A stretch of 64,000 nt of DNA from Pseudomonadota bacterium (GCA_016125035.1 WGMN01000002.1:17790-81789), one strand, 5' to 3'; counted from the first letter of the stretch, positions 1 through 10,399 are shown. Notes: generated by a model not told the origin, from the sequence alone. Made by a program: numbers and translations.

Positions 1-916
1 GCAGCTCCAGCCGCACGCCGCAACCCAAAATCTCTTGCATCTCCGCCCGCGCCTGCATGCCTATCTTTTTCAGCATCTGGCCGCCCTTGCCCACCACCAT
101 CGCCTTGTGCTGCTCACGCGCCACCAAAATCTGCTGCTGCACCAGCATCGGAGCCTCTTCCTCGTTCCTCGTTCCTCGTTCCTCGTTCCTTCTATCTTCC
201 ACCTGCTCGGTCACCACCCCCACGCCATATGGCACTTCCTCATACAACAGGCGCATCGCCTTCTCGCGCGTAATCTCAGCCAGCCGCAGCGGCATCGGCA
301 TGTCTGTCACCTGCCCGGCGGGGAACAACCACGGCCCCTCCCCGGTCATGCGGTCCAGCTCGTTCAGCAACGCTTTCAACCCGCCGTCATGCTTCTCGGC
401 GCTTAGCGGCACCACACCGTCCACCCCCCAACTGCCCACTTCGGTCAGCACCGGCAACAACAGGGTCTTGTCCTTCACCTTGTCCACCTTGGTCAGCACC
501 ACCAGCAGCTTTTGGCGCTTGTTTTGCCGCTGCATGGGGCGGAATTGCTGCTCCAGCATCTCTTTTTGCCGCACTATTGCCGGGCTCAGCCCCTCTTTGC
601 CGCCCTTAATTCCACCCACATCCACCAAAAACACCACAATATCCGCCTCTTGCCCGGCCCCCTCGGCCTGCTGCACCAGCCGCCGGTCAAAAGCCTTGCT
701 GCTACGGTTCAACCCCGGCGTGTCCATAAAAACAAACTGGGTCTCCCCCTGCGTAAACACCCCGCGCACGGTCACCCGCGTGGTGTTGGGCTTGTCCGAG
801 ACAATCCCCACCTTCTCTCCCACCAACGCATTTAACAGGGTAGATTTCCCCACGTTGGGCAACCCCACCAGCGCCACCAGCGCGCAACGCATTTTTCCTG
901 TTTCCGGCTTACTCAT
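1..916 (-). CDS. era: GTPase Era (3' end of gene runs off window start)
   Basis: Minus-strand translation from ATG at 916 gives MSKPETGKMRCALVALVGLPNVGKSTLLNALVG (P-loop) and continues to a KH-like C-terminal region. It overlaps the rnc stop by 8 nt, as in the classic lepB-rnc-era operon. It is absent from the ORF track because its stop lies off-window. Confidence 0.85.
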   Translation of the reverse strand, partial: MSKPETGKMRCALVALVGLPNVGKSTLLNALVGEKVGIVSDKPNTTRVTVRGVFTQGETQFVFMDTPGLNRSSKAFDRRLVQQAEGAGQEADIVVFLVDVGGIKGGKEGLSPAIVRQKEMLEQQFRPMQRQNKRQKLLVVLTKVDKVKDKTLLLPVLTEVGSWGVDGVVPLSAEKHDGGLKALLNELDRMTGEGPWLFPAGQVTDMPMPLRLAEITREKAMRLLYEEVPYGVGVVTEQVEDRRNEERGTRNEEEAPMLVQQQILVAREQHKAMVVGKGGQMLKKIGMQARAEMQEILGCGVRLEL

Positions 917-1547
917 CACGCGCCTCCAATATCTCCATTAACCGCTCGGCGGCGGCCAGCCCGGCAACCTGCTTGGTCTTGCCTTCGCCTTCGGCTTCGC
1001 CGTGCACACAACTCACTTTCACCTTAAACCACTTGTCGTGGTCGGGCCCATCCTCGGCCACAACCGCATAGGTGGGCAGGCCCAAGCCGTAACGCTGCAA
1101 CCATTCCTGCACGCGGGTCTTGGCATCTTTCTCATCCTTCGCATCCAGCATGTGTTCCAGCTCACGGCGCACCAGCAACCGCACCTGCTCCAGCCCGCCG
1201 TCGCGCCACACCGCCCCCAGCAATGCTTCCACACCATCTGCGATCACACTTGGGGTCGGCACCTCGCCAGAAGCCAAACGCAAATGTCCCGCCAACCCCA
1301 GCTCATCACCAACTTTGGCCAAAGTGCTCTCACGCACCATGGCGGTCAGGCGGCGGCTCAGCTCACCTTCATCCGCCCCGGGGAAGCGCTCAAACAACCA
1401 CTCGCCCACCACCAGGCCCAACACACGGTCTCCCAAAAACTCCAACCGCTGCCACGCCCGCGCGCCGCCTTCGCGGTTCAACGCCTCGCGCAGCAGCGCC
1501 TTGTTGGCAAAGGTGTAACCAAGGCGGGCTTCCAGCGCGTCAACCAT
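909..1547 (-). CDS. rnc: ribonuclease III
   Basis: The 212 aa product starts MVDALEARLGYTFANKALLREAL and carries the ERLEFLGD signature plus a C-terminal dsRBD. Its ATG overlaps the lepB stop (TAATG). Confidence 0.9.
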   Translation of the reverse strand: MVDALEARLGYTFANKALLREALNREGGARAWQRLEFLGDRVLGLVVGEWLFERFPGADEGELSRRLTAMVRESTLAKVGDELGLAGHLRLASGEVPTPSVIADGVEALLGAVWRDGGLEQVRLLVRRELEHMLDAKDEKDAKTRVQEWLQRYGLGLPTYAVVAEDGPDHDKWFKVKVSCVHGEAEGEGKTKQVAGLAAAERLMEILEARDE

Positions 1548-2353
1548 TACTTGGCGGCAGGTTCGGTGGAAGACACAACCGGCGCCACCACCCCTGCATC
1601 CCCATGCTCGGCGGGCACACGGGCGGCGTCATGGGTCTTGCGCAAAATGGTCCCTATGCGGCCAAAGCGCGGCACCCAGTTGTCATCCCAACTCCAAAAG
1701 ATGAACTCCGCACGGCCCATCAAATCGGCCTTGGGCACAAAGCCCCAGCTGGGCCACTGCCAGTAGCGGCTGTCTCTGCTGTTGTCGCGGTTGTCACCCA
1801 TCATCACGTACATGCCGTCTGGCACCACGGTCTCGGCCACTTCCGGGCCGGGCTCGCCGGGCTCGCGCAAAATGGCGTGGTGGATGCCTTCCAGGTTCTC
1901 GTCATACATATCCGCCGTCACCACCGGGCCACCTGCGGGGGTTTGCAGCTGGTAGGTGCCAATCTCCTGCTCGGGCACGGGCTTGCCGTTAATAAACAAG
2001 GTCTGGTCATGGTAGGCAATGGTATCCCCCGGCACACCCACCAGACGCTTAATAAACAACGTGTCACCCAAGCCAAAAAAGCTCCCCGGCAAACCGCTGC
2101 CCTTGCGCTTGAACACCACAACGTCGCCGCGCTCCGGCTCTTTTTGCCAAAAAAAGTAATCGGTCAGCGGCAACCGGTTGCCATAGGCAAACTTGGTCAC
2201 AATCAAAAAGTCGCCGATCAGCAACGTCGGCATCATGGAAGAACTCGGTATCTTAAAGGGCTCAAAAATAAACCCGCGGATGCAAAAGAACGCAATAAAC
2301 CCGGCCAGCGCCAGCGTCTTGATAAAACTCCACATCCCCTTCACAAACTCCAT
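1547..2353 (-). CDS. lepB: signal peptidase I
   Basis: The probable start is the internal Met MEFVKGMWSFIKTLALAGF at 2353. An SSMMPTL box B and GDNRDNSRDSRYW box are present. The track ORF 1547..2581 is an upstream extension. Confidence 0.88.
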   Translation of the reverse strand: MEFVKGMWSFIKTLALAGFIAFFCIRGFIFEPFKIPSSSMMPTLLIGDFLIVTKFAYGNRLPLTDYFFWQKEPERGDVVVFKRKGSGLPGSFFGLGDTLFIKRLVGVPGDTIAYHDQTLFINGKPVPEQEIGTYQLQTPAGGPVVTADMYDENLEGIHHAILREPGEPGPEVAETVVPDGMYVMMGDNRDNSRDSRYWQWPSWGFVPKADLMGRAEFIFWSWDDNWVPRFGRIGTILRKTHDAARVPAEHGDAGVVAPVVSSTEPAAK

Positions 2354-2393
2354 CGCGGTCTTCCTTTTTCCGTTGCAACGCACTCTTATCAGC

Positions 2394-2687
2394 CTAATCC
2401 CCGCCGTTGGCAATGGCTTTACCGCGCTTTCGCGCTTGCGCCACGGCCTGCGGGTCACAGGGCCGATACACTTCAATGCGGTCTCCCCCGGCCACCACGG
2501 TCTCTGGCTCCACCTTCTTGCCCCACACCCCCAGCGCCATGCCGCGCAGCTGCGGGTGCAGGCCGTAAAGCCCGCTGGCATTCACACACCAACCAATGGT
2601 CTGCCCCACCGGCACATCCATTGCTTTGGCAAAACCCAGCCCCCCGGCCACACACACCACCTCAACCTTCACCCTCCCCGCCTGCAT
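2394..2687 (-). CDS. RnfH/RatB (UPF0125) ubiquitin-like small protein
   Basis: Sequence MQAGRVKVEVV...GDRIEVYRPCDPQ matches the RnfH/YfjF pattern (beta-grasp, GDRVEIYRP..DP). It lies between acpS and lepB. Confidence 0.55.
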   Translation of the reverse strand: MQAGRVKVEVVCVAGGLGFAKAMDVPVGQTIGWCVNASGLYGLHPQLRGMALGVWGKKVEPETVVAGGDRIEVYRPCDPQAVAQARKRGKAIANGGD

Positions 2688-2691
2688 CTTG

Positions 2692-3045
2692 CTAATCCCT
2701 TTTCTCCACCACCGCAAAGGCCAGCGCCAGGCCGGCATCGTCGCTCACGCTGCCCCACACCTTCAGCCCTTCCGCTGTCCCGCGCACCTGCACATGCGGC
2801 GCCTTCGCCGCGTCATAACGCACTTCAATGTCATGGAAGCCCACCGCTCCGCCAATACCGGTGCGGCAAGCCTTGGCCACCGCTTCCTTCAGCGCCCAAC
2901 GCCGCGCCAACGCGGCGGCGTTCCATTCTTTCTGCTCCCGCTCGGCGGGCGTCAAAACCCGCTGCAAAAAGCGCGTGCCGAACTTTTCCAACACCCGCTC
3001 CACCCGTTCCACCCGGCAAATATCGGTGCCCACGCCCACAATCAT
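2692..3045 (-). CDS. acpS: holo-[acyl-carrier-protein] synthase
   Basis: The internal start MIVGVGTDICRVERVERVLEKFG...KEAVAKA is a typical AcpS N-terminus. The track ORF 2692..3552 is an over-extension. Confidence 0.85.
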   Translation of the reverse strand: MIVGVGTDICRVERVERVLEKFGTRFLQRVLTPAEREQKEWNAAALARRWALKEAVAKACRTGIGGAVGFHDIEVRYDAAKAPHVQVRGTAEGLKVWGSVSDDAGLALAFAVVEKRD

Positions 3046-3656
3046 TTTTTCTTCCCCGCCATGCGCGCGCGCCGCAGCTGCCAAAATTTCTCCACCTCCC
3101 AATAAACCGTGTAATACGCCAGCGTGGCAAAGATCAGCCCCATAATGGTGCCGCCAATCACCATCGGCATAAACACGTTGTGCGCCAGGGTTCCCAGGTT
3201 GGCCCACACAAATTGCAGGCTCAGGCCGTGCTCCATCACGTTGGGGTTCATGGCTTTGTGCACCGGCCACAGGTGCTTGCCCAACTCGTAGGTGCTCCAA
3301 AATATCAACGGAAAGGTCCACGGGTTTCCCACCATCTGGCCAACCACCGCAGCGGCAATATTGGCGCGGAAGATCCACGCCAGCAGCACCGAGGTCGCGA
3401 TCCCCAACCCCGGTATCGGCCAAAAGCTTATGCCCACTCCCACCGCCACGCCCAGCGCCACCTTGTGCGGGTCTTCGGCCTGACGCTGCAACTTCAACCA
3501 CACCAGCCTGGCAAAGGCCTTCCAGCCCATGCTCGGCCACAAAAGTTCCCACAGCTGTTCGCTTTGTGTCTTGCGCCTGCGGCTGTGCACGCCGCGCCTG
3601 CGGCCCTTGGGCACGTGCAACCAGGCGGCCAGGCGGCTTTTCAGGCTTTTGCTCAT
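3042..3656 (-). CDS. DUF2062 family membrane protein
   Basis: A basic N-terminus is followed by HKVALGVAVGVGISFWPIPGLGIATSVLLAWIFRANIAAAVVGQMVGNPWTFPLIF, typical of DUF2062. The start was moved to MSKSLKS to avoid overlapping the spoT stop. Confidence 0.6.
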   Translation of the reverse strand: MSKSLKSRLAAWLHVPKGRRRGVHSRRRKTQSEQLWELLWPSMGWKAFARLVWLKLQRQAEDPHKVALGVAVGVGISFWPIPGLGIATSVLLAWIFRANIAAAVVGQMVGNPWTFPLIFWSTYELGKHLWPVHKAMNPNVMEHGLSLQFVWANLGTLAHNVFMPMVIGGTIMGLIFATLAYYTVYWEVEKFWQLRRARMAGKKK

Positions 3657-3666
3657 AAGTGTTGTT

Positions 3667-5904
3667 TTAATTCCAGCCGTAAATTTTCTCAACCGAAAGC
3701 ATAACTTTCAAAGCCGAAAGCTGGCTGATGAGCTTATTCAAATGCTCCTTGTTGCGTATCTCAATCTCGCAGCGGATGCTCATTGCATCCACGTTGCGCT
3801 GCTCGCTGGCGATCTCAATAATGTTGGCATCGCTGTTGGCGATGGTGCTGGTAATGGTGGCCAGCGCGCCATGGTCGCTTTTCACATGGAAGCGCAACCG
3901 GCACACAAACTTGCGCAAATCGCCATGCAGCGCGGCCTGGCTCCACGCCACCGGCAGCCAGCGGTCGGGCTGTTCGGCAAACTGCTCCAGGTTGCGGCAG
4001 GTGCGCATGTGGATGGAGATCCCCCGCCCGGTGGAAATGATCCCCACAATCTCCTCCCCCGGCAACGGGCTGCAGCAACGCGCGTAGTGCACGGCCATGC
4101 CCTCCATCACCCCCTCCAGGGCGATCGAGTCCTCCTTGCTCACCTGCTCGTCTGCACCGGGCTTGGCGCCCTTGGCGGCCTTCTTGCGCTTGGGCGGCAC
4201 CAGCTTGCCCTCGTCCGCGCGCGGGGCCCCGGCGGTGGGGAACAACAAATCGTGGATCTGCCGGGGGAACAACCTCCCCTGCCCCAGCGCGGCAAACACA
4301 TCATCCACGTTGGCCACCTGGTGCACGGGTATCTTCTTCAACACTGCCTGCAGGGCGTTAATGTCCCACTTCCAGCCGTCGCGCTTGGCGGCCTTCTCCA
4401 AAATCTCGCGGCCCAACTTGGTCAACTCGGCCTGCTCCTGCTGGCGCAAATAGCGGTTGATGGCGCTCCTTGCCCGGCTGCTCACCACCAACTCGCGCCA
4501 GCCGGGGTTGGGGTGCTGGTTGGGGCTGGTCACAATCTCCACCATGTCGCCGTTGGCAAGAGCGCGACGCAGCGGCACCACGCTGCCGTTCACCTTGGCG
4601 GAAACCGTCTTGTTGCCCAAATTGCTGTGCACCGCATAGGCAAAGTCCAGCGGCGTCGCCCCGCGCGGCAGCTGAATGACATCGCCCTTGGGCGTAAACG
4701 CGAACACATTGTCGCTGAAAAGCTCCAGCTTGGCGTTCTCATAAAACTCGGCCGGGTCGTCCACGCCCTGCAACTGCTCCACCAGGCTCTTCAGCCAGCG
4801 ATAGGGCGCGGCTTCCCTGGCCTGCACTTCACCGCTCACCAGTTTGCCGCTGGCGGCCTCGCCGTCTTTGGCGGGCTTGTAAAGCCAGTGCGCGGCCACG
4901 CCGTTTTCGGCCACGTCGTGCATTTCGCGGGTGCGTATCTGCACCTCCATGCGGTTGCCGAACGGCCCCACCACGCTGGTGTGCAAACTCTGGTAGCCGT
5001 TGGGTTTGGGCGCGCTTATATAGTCCTTGAAGCGCCCCGGTATCGCCTTGAAGCGGTCATGCAGCATCCCCAGCACCTCGTAGCACCCGCGCTTGTCCGG
5101 CACCACCACGCGGTAGGCCACAATATCGGTCAGCTGGTCAAAGGCCAGGCTCTTCTTCACCATCTTCTGGTAAATGGAATAAATCGCTTTCTCGCGGCCA
5201 CTCACTTCGGCCTCAATCCCGGCTTTTTTCAGTTCCATCTGCAAGGCGCCCATCACGCGCGGCACCAGGTCATCCTGCGCGCGCCACTCGGCCATCTTGC
5301 GCGCAATCATGCCGTATTCATCCGGCTCCAGCACCTTAAAGGCCAAATCCTCCAGCTCGGCTTTAATCACATGCAAGCCAATGCGGTCGGCCAGCGGCGC
5401 GTAAATATCCAGCGTCTCGCGGGCGGTCTTCTTCTGGCTCTCGCTGCCCTTGGCACCCAGCGTGCGCATGTTGTGCAACCGGTCGGCCAGCTTAATTAGC
5501 AATACCCTTATGTCCTTGCTCATCGCCAGCAACAGCTTGCGGAAGTTCTCGGCCTGCTCGGTGGCCTTGTCCTCAAAACTTATCTTACTCAGCTTGGTCA
5601 CACCCTCGGTCAGCTCGGCCACTTCGGCGCCGAACAACCCTTTAATCTCGTCGTAAGTGCTCAAGGTGTCTTCCAGCGTGTCATGCAGCAACCCCACGGC
5701 GATGCTGGCATCGTCCAGCTGCAAATCGGCCAGAATCCCGGCCACCGCCAGCGGGTGCACCAGGTAGGGCTGGCCGCTGGCGCGCTTCTGGTTGCCGTGG
5801 GCCTTCATGCTGTAAACATAGGCGCGGTTGATCAGCCCCACATCCGCCTTGGGGTTGTAAGCTCTAATCTTTTCAACAAGTTCATACTGCCTGATCATAT
5901 CCAT
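3667..5904 (-). CDS. spoT: bifunctional (p)ppGpp synthetase/hydrolase (RelA/SpoT homologue, Rsh)
   Basis: The 745 aa product has an HD domain (HDTLEDT), a synthetase domain, and TGS and ACT regions. Confidence 0.95.
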   Translation of the reverse strand: MDMIRQYELVEKIRAYNPKADVGLINRAYVYSMKAHGNQKRASGQPYLVHPLAVAGILADLQLDDASIAVGLLHDTLEDTLSTYDEIKGLFGAEVAELTEGVTKLSKISFEDKATEQAENFRKLLLAMSKDIRVLLIKLADRLHNMRTLGAKGSESQKKTARETLDIYAPLADRIGLHVIKAELEDLAFKVLEPDEYGMIARKMAEWRAQDDLVPRVMGALQMELKKAGIEAEVSGREKAIYSIYQKMVKKSLAFDQLTDIVAYRVVVPDKRGCYEVLGMLHDRFKAIPGRFKDYISAPKPNGYQSLHTSVVGPFGNRMEVQIRTREMHDVAENGVAAHWLYKPAKDGEAASGKLVSGEVQAREAAPYRWLKSLVEQLQGVDDPAEFYENAKLELFSDNVFAFTPKGDVIQLPRGATPLDFAYAVHSNLGNKTVSAKVNGSVVPLRRALANGDMVEIVTSPNQHPNPGWRELVVSSRARSAINRYLRQQEQAELTKLGREILEKAAKRDGWKWDINALQAVLKKIPVHQVANVDDVFAALGQGRLFPRQIHDLLFPTAGAPRADEGKLVPPKRKKAAKGAKPGADEQVSKEDSIALEGVMEGMAVHYARCCSPLPGEEIVGIISTGRGISIHMRTCRNLEQFAEQPDRWLPVAWSQAALHGDLRKFVCRLRFHVKSDHGALATITSTIANSDANIIEIASEQRNVDAMSIRCEIEIRNKEHLNKLISQLSALKVMLSVEKIYGWN

Positions 5905-6084
5905 TCATTGTGGCCCACAACCGCCTGAAAAACAAGAACTCCGCCAAAAAACGCAAGCCCCGCGTCAGCTTTACAACACCTCGCCCCCGGCCTTGAAGTC
6001 GGCCATTTCCTCCGCCGTTAATAGTAACTTCCCCCAACACGCAAAACCGCCCGGTCCCAAAAAGGGAACCGGGCGGCTTTTTTC

Positions 6085-6357
6085 TCACTTCTTCCAACAG
6101 CTTTCCGCCGTGCAAAGGGGCTTAAAATGCAAGGCCTTCCAGTTTTGCACCGGCCACGGCGCCAGCAACATCTGTGGCAGGCTCCACGCCTGCGCCTGCG
6201 GCGGCAACTGCGGCAAGTCAAAAACGCGGATATCGGCCATCGCCACATTCAACGGCCGGGGCAAAACCGGCACCGACGAAACATTCGCCCGCGCCACACC
6301 GGCCATCACGCTCAACGCCAGGATACTCGATAAAAAAGCGGCAAATCGGTAGCGCAT
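6085..6357 (-). CDS. small secreted hypothetical protein (signal peptide, two C-terminal Cys)
   Basis: The product starts MRYRFAAFLSSILALSVMAGVARA, a cleavable signal peptide. It is divergent from uvrA and has no recognisable family. Confidence 0.4.
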   Translation of the reverse strand: MRYRFAAFLSSILALSVMAGVARANVSSVPVLPRPLNVAMADIRVFDLPQLPPQAQAWSLPQMLLAPWPVQNWKALHFKPLCTAESCWKK

Positions 6358-6507
6358 CGTCAGCTCCATCGGCAACAAGGGGGGGTGTCGCATCGTCTAG
6401 TCCTTCATTCTCCCAAACACAGGCCCCACCGTCAACATCCTTACCCAAACCCAACCTTCCCTCACACCCCCCTTCCCCAACTTTGATTTCCGTGCAATAA
6501 ATCCCCC

Positions 6508-9500
6508 ATGCCCAAAAAATCCCCGCGACCCCGCGACCCCGCAACCTCGCTCCCCATCTCCCCCACCACCCACCTCATCATCAAGGGCGCGTCCGAGCAC
6601 AACCTCAAACACGTCTCACTCACCATCCCCAAGCACACGCTCACGGTCATCACCGGCGTCTCCGGCTCGGGCAAGTCCTCCCTGGCGTTCGACACCATCT
6701 ACGCCGAAGGCCAGCGCCGCTATGTAGAAAGCCTCTCCGCCTACGCCCGCCAGTTCCTGGAGCTCAACCGCAAGCCAGACGTCGAGCGCATCGAAGGCCT
6801 CTCCCCCGCCATCGCCATCGAGCAAAAAACCACCTCCAAAAACCCGCGCTCCACGGTCGGCACCATCACGGAAATCTATGATTACCTGCGCCTGCTCTTC
6901 GCCAACGCCGGCACCGCCCACTGCCCCAACCACCCCAATATCGAGATCACCGCCCAAACCATCCAGCAAATGGTGGACCATGTTTTGGCCTGGCCGGAAG
7001 GCAGCAAGATCATCGTCATGGCCCCGGTGGTGCGCGGTCGCAAGGGCGAGTATCTTAAAGAGCGCCAGCAGTGGCAGGCCCAGGGCTACACCCGCGCGGT
7101 GGTCGACGGCGAATTGATCGAACTCGCCGACAACCCCAAACTCACCAAGAATGATAAGCACGACATCTCGCTGGTGATAGACCGCCTGGTGGTCAAGCCC
7201 GACTCCGCCCAACGCCTGGCCGACTCCCTCGCCACCGCCCTCAAGCTCGCCGAAGGCCTGGCCGAAGTGGCGACCCTCAACCCCACTGCCCCCACAACCC
7301 ATAACCCACAACCCACAACCCCCTTCCAAACCCGCCTCTTCTCCGAACAACACAGCTGCCCCCTCTGCGGCCACGCCACCCAACTGGAGCCGCGCCTGTT
7401 CTCCTTCAACAGCCCGTTCGGCGCCTGCGCGGAATGCGACGGCCTGGGCGAGGTGATCTTCTTCTCGCCGGAACTGCTGGTGCCGAATGAGTCGCTCACC
7501 ATCAATCAGGGCGCCATCCACCCCTGGGCGGAAAAAGCCGATTCCCGCGGCGGCCTGCGCCTCAACAAAACCGGCGGCTACTACATCAAGGCGCTGGCCC
7601 GCCACTACGGTTTCTCGCCCGATACCCCCTGGCACAAACTGCCGGAAAAGATCCGCCACATCCTGCTCCATGGCTCGGGCTCCGAGCGTATCGAGTTCAC
7701 TTTCGAGGGCGGCCGCGCCACCTACCGCACGCGCAAAAGTTATGACGGCGTGCTCGGCATCCTCAAGCGCCGCTGGGAAGAGTCCGAGAACCCCTACGCG
7801 CGTGAAGACCTCAACCGCTACCGCGCCGCCGCCCCCTGCCCCACCTGCCACGGCGCCCGCCTCAACCCCTCCGCGCTGGCCGTCACCATCGGCGAACAGC
7901 GCACAGGCCCCCGGAAGGCAGTTGGGTCGGTTTTGGAACAAAACCGGGGCACCCAACGCCTATCCGGGGCCGCCCTCCCCCCCACCAACATCGCTTACTA
8001 CTGTTCCCTCCCCATCACCGAAGCGCTGTCCTTCACCGAGCACCTGCAAAAAACCCTGCACGGCGCGGCAGCCCAAATCGCCACCCCTATCTTGCGCGAG
8101 ATCTACGCCCGCCTCGGCTTCCTCAACCACGTCGGCTTGGGCTACCTCAGCCTGGAGCGCACCGCAGGCACGCTCTCCGGCGGCGAAGCCCAACGCATCC
8201 GCCTGGCGTCGCAAATCGGCTCCGGCCTCACCGGCGTGCTCTACGTGCTGGATGAACCAAGCATCGGCCTGCACCAGCGCGATAACCACCGCCTGCTGGA
8301 AACCCTCACCAAACTGCGCGACCTCGACAACACCGTACTGGTGGTGGAACACGACGAAGACGCCATCCGCATGGCCGACCACGTCATCGACATGGGCCCG
8401 CACGCGGGCACCCACGGCGGCGAGGTGGTGGCCCAAGGCTCGGTCAACAATATCATCGCGGAAAAACGCTCCCTCACCGGCCAATACCTCTCCGGCAAAC
8501 GCGCCATCTCCGTGCCCAAAGTCCGCCGCAAGGCGCAAAAGGGCAAAGCCATCACGGTGGTCGGCGCCCAGGGCAACAACCTCAAAAACCTCACCGTGGA
8601 ATTCCCCATCGGCCTGCTCACCTGCGTCACCGGCGTCTCCGGCTCGGGCAAATCCACGCTGGTGATGGACACCCTCCACAACGCCCTCGCCGCACGGCTG
8701 AACGGCAGCAAGGAGTACGCCGCCAAACACACCACCATCGAGGGCCTGGAACACATCGATAAACTCGTCAACATCGACCAATCGCCCATCGGCCGCACCC
8801 CGCGCTCCAACCCCGCCACCTACACCGGCATCTACTCGCCCATCCGCGACTGGTTCGCCCAGCTGCCTGAAAGCAAGGCCCGCGGCTACGGCCCCGGCCG
8901 CTTCAGCTTCAACGTCAAGGGCGGCCGGTGCGAGGCCTGCGAGGGCGACGGCGTCATCAAGGTGGAAATGCACTTTCTGCCAGACGTCTACGTGCCGTGC
9001 GAGGTCTGCAAGGGCAAACGCTTCAACCGCGAGACGCTGGAGGTGAAGTACAAAACCAAATCCATCGCCGACATCCTGGACATGACGGTGGAGGAAGCGC
9101 ACACCCACTTCGCCGCCGTGCCGCGCATCGCCCGCGCCATCAAAACGCTCATCGACGTCGGCCTGGGCTACATCTCGCTGGGGCAAAACGCCACCACCCT
9201 CTCGGGCGGCGAAGCCCAGCGCATCAAACTGGCCAAAGAGCTCTCCAAAATAGCCACCGGCCGCACGCTCTATATTCTGGACGAACCCACCACCGGCCTG
9301 CACTTCGCCGATATCGACCAGCTCCTCAAGGTCCTCCACCGCCTCGTCGATTCCGGCAACACCATGATCATCATCGAGCACAACTTGGACGTGATCAAAA
9401 CGGCCGACTGGCTCATCGACATCGGCCCGGAAGGCGGCGCAGCCGGCGGCCAGCTCCTCGCCGAAGGCACGCCAGAGCAACTCGCCAAAGTCAAAGCCTC

Positions 9501-9537
9501 CCACACCGGCCAATTCCTCAAACCCCTCCTCAAATAA
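6508..9537 (+). CDS. uvrA: excinuclease ABC subunit A
   Basis: The 1009 aa product has two ABC ATPase modules ([12 protein letters not shown] and [11 protein letters not shown]) and zinc-finger Cys clusters. It carries an N-terminal ~20 aa extension and an internal ~30 aa insertion (see repeat 7905-7975). Confidence 0.95.
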   Translation: MPKKSPRPRDPATSLPISPTTHLIIKGASEHNLKHVSLTIPKHTLTVITGVSGSGKSSLAFDTIYAEGQRRYVESLSAYARQFLELNRKPDVERIEGLSPAIAIEQKTTSKNPRSTVGTITEIYDYLRLLFANAGTAHCPNHPNIEITAQTIQQMVDHVLAWPEGSKIIVMAPVVRGRKGEYLKERQQWQAQGYTRAVVDGELIELADNPKLTKNDKHDISLVIDRLVVKPDSAQRLADSLATALKLAEGLAEVATLNPTAPTTHNPQPTTPFQTRLFSEQHSCPLCGHATQLEPRLFSFNSPFGACAECDGLGEVIFFSPELLVPNESLTINQGAIHPWAEKADSRGGLRLNKTGGYYIKALARHYGFSPDTPWHKLPEKIRHILLHGSGSERIEFTFEGGRATYRTRKSYDGVLGILKRRWEESENPYAREDLNRYRAAAPCPTCHGARLNPSALAVTIGEQRTGPRKAVGSVLEQNRGTQRLSGAALPPTNIAYYCSLPITEALSFTEHLQKTLHGAAAQIATPILREIYARLGFLNHVGLGYLSLERTAGTLSGGEAQRIRLASQIGSGLTGVLYVLDEPSIGLHQRDNHRLLETLTKLRDLDNTVLVVEHDEDAIRMADHVIDMGPHAGTHGGEVVAQGSVNNIIAEKRSLTGQYLSGKRAISVPKVRRKAQKGKAITVVGAQGNNLKNLTVEFPIGLLTCVTGVSGSGKSTLVMDTLHNALAARLNGSKEYAAKHTTIEGLEHIDKLVNIDQSPIGRTPRSNPATYTGIYSPIRDWFAQLPESKARGYGPGRFSFNVKGGRCEACEGDGVIKVEMHFLPDVYVPCEVCKGKRFNRETLEVKYKTKSIADILDMTVEEAHTHFAAVPRIARAIKTLIDVGLGYISLGQNATTLSGGEAQRIKLAKELSKIATGRTLYILDEPTTGLHFADIDQLLKVLHRLVDSGNTMIIIEHNLDVIKTADWLIDIGPEGGAAGGQLLAEGTPEQLAKVKASHTGQFLKPLLK
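7905..7975. repeat. imperfect palindromic ~70 bp element inserted in frame within uvrA
   Basis: Outer arms CCCCGGAAGGCAGTTGGGTCGG / GCACCCAACGCCTATCCGGGG flank an inner hairpin GGTTTTGGAACAAAACC. It encodes an extra [32 protein letters not shown] segment not seen in canonical UvrA. Confidence 0.6.
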
Positions 9538-9541
9538 AAAT

Positions 9542-9582
9542 CCGGGCCGGAAGGGTCTCCCCTCCGGCCCGGTCTGTTCTCT
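9542..9582. terminator. bidirectional intrinsic terminator between convergent uvrA and the ankyrin-protein gene
   Basis: A GC hairpin CCGGGCCGGAAGGG-TCTC-CCCTCCGGCCCGG is followed by TCTGTTCT on the plus strand and preceded by AAATAAAAAT (T-rich on the minus strand). Confidence 0.6.
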
Positions 9583-9595
9583 GGTCACGCGTCGC

Positions 9596-10399
9596 TCACT
9601 CACTGCGCCGCGCACCCTGGCGTTTCAGCTCTTCCCGCAACTCGCCGTCCTGCAGGTGCGGCAAATCCAGCGGGCGCTGCCCCCGGGCATTGGGCCTGTT
9701 CAGGTCCTCTCCCCAGTCTTTCAGCATCTTCACCGCCAGCATGGCGTTGCCGTTACGCTCGTTGTAGGGCCGTTCTTTAAAGCCGCTGCCCAGCACATGC
9801 ACGGCGCCGTTGCCGTCCACGTCCACCGGGCAGGTGGCGCCCCAGTTTTCCAGCACCGCCATCACTTGGGGCTGCACCATCGCCAGCGCCTCCTCCAGCG
9901 CCGCACGCAGGTTCTCTTCGGTCAGCAGCCCACGCTTTTGCAGGGCAGCCTGGCACTTGCCAACGCTCCACCCGCTGTTCTGCACGCAAGCATTGGCAGC
10001 CACCGCCACCAGGTTAGCCTTGGCGTGTGCCTCCTCGGCCTTGCACGCGGCAAGGCCCAGCAACCACACAAAGGCTTCTTCCGTGTCGTTGGTCTCGCAT
10101 TCCAGCAGCGGCGGAAGAAACCCCAGGTTCACGTCCGCCCCCAGCGTCTGCGAGTGTTGCAGCACCTTCACGGGCTCACCGCAAAGCACCGCCATGCCAA
10201 AGCAGGTGCGCTCATCGATGCCCAAGGCATTGATGTCAAACCCCGGCAACGCCAGCACCGCCTGCTTCAGGTTTTCGTCTTCAAGCTTCAGCGCGATCAC
10301 CAGCGCCTGACCCATCAGCGAAGCCCGCTCAAGCTCATCCATTTCTTTGGCGAAGCCATCACTTCCCAGCCCGCGCACGGCGGTTTCGGTGCCTGTCAT
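9596..10399 (-). CDS. ankyrin-repeat protein (hypothetical)
   Basis: Several ANK-like repeats are present (…G.T.L..A...G....V..LL..GADVN…; NGNAMLAVKMLKDWGEDLN). The start ATG at 10399 lies 7 nt after GGAGGA. Confidence 0.5.
   Translation of the reverse strand: MTGTETAVRGLGSDGFAKEMDELERASLMGQALVIALKLEDENLKQAVLALPGFDINALGIDERTCFGMAVLCGEPVKVLQHSQTLGADVNLGFLPPLLECETNDTEEAFVWLLGLAACKAEEAHAKANLVAVAANACVQNSGWSVGKCQAALQKRGLLTEENLRAALEEALAMVQPQVMAVLENWGATCPVDVDGNGAVHVLGSGFKERPYNERNGNAMLAVKMLKDWGEDLNRPNARGQRPLDLPHLQDGELREELKRQGARRSE

Noticed and set aside
3529-5499. 656-aa plus-strand ORF antisense to spoT. Similar long plus-strand ORFs occur at 1223-2695, 2193-3704, 14364-15521, 15595-16977, 24647-25744, 25984-28071, 28965-30215, 35823-37532, 40209-41888 and 52517-54979.
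   Set aside because: They are low-complexity and rich in His, Arg, Pro and Gln. They have no start context and always lie opposite a minus-strand gene with a clear family assignment. They are typical GC-driven shadow ORFs.
5905-6084. rpoZ expected upstream of spoT.
   Set aside because: The 180-bp gap contains only an 11-codon ORF (MADFKAGGEVL). No omega-subunit-like sequence is present.
6400-6507. Looked for an alphaproteobacterial LexA SOS box (GTTC-N7-GTTC or GAAC-N7-GAAC) upstream of uvrA.
   Set aside because: No such direct repeat is present in the 150 bp upstream of the uvrA start.
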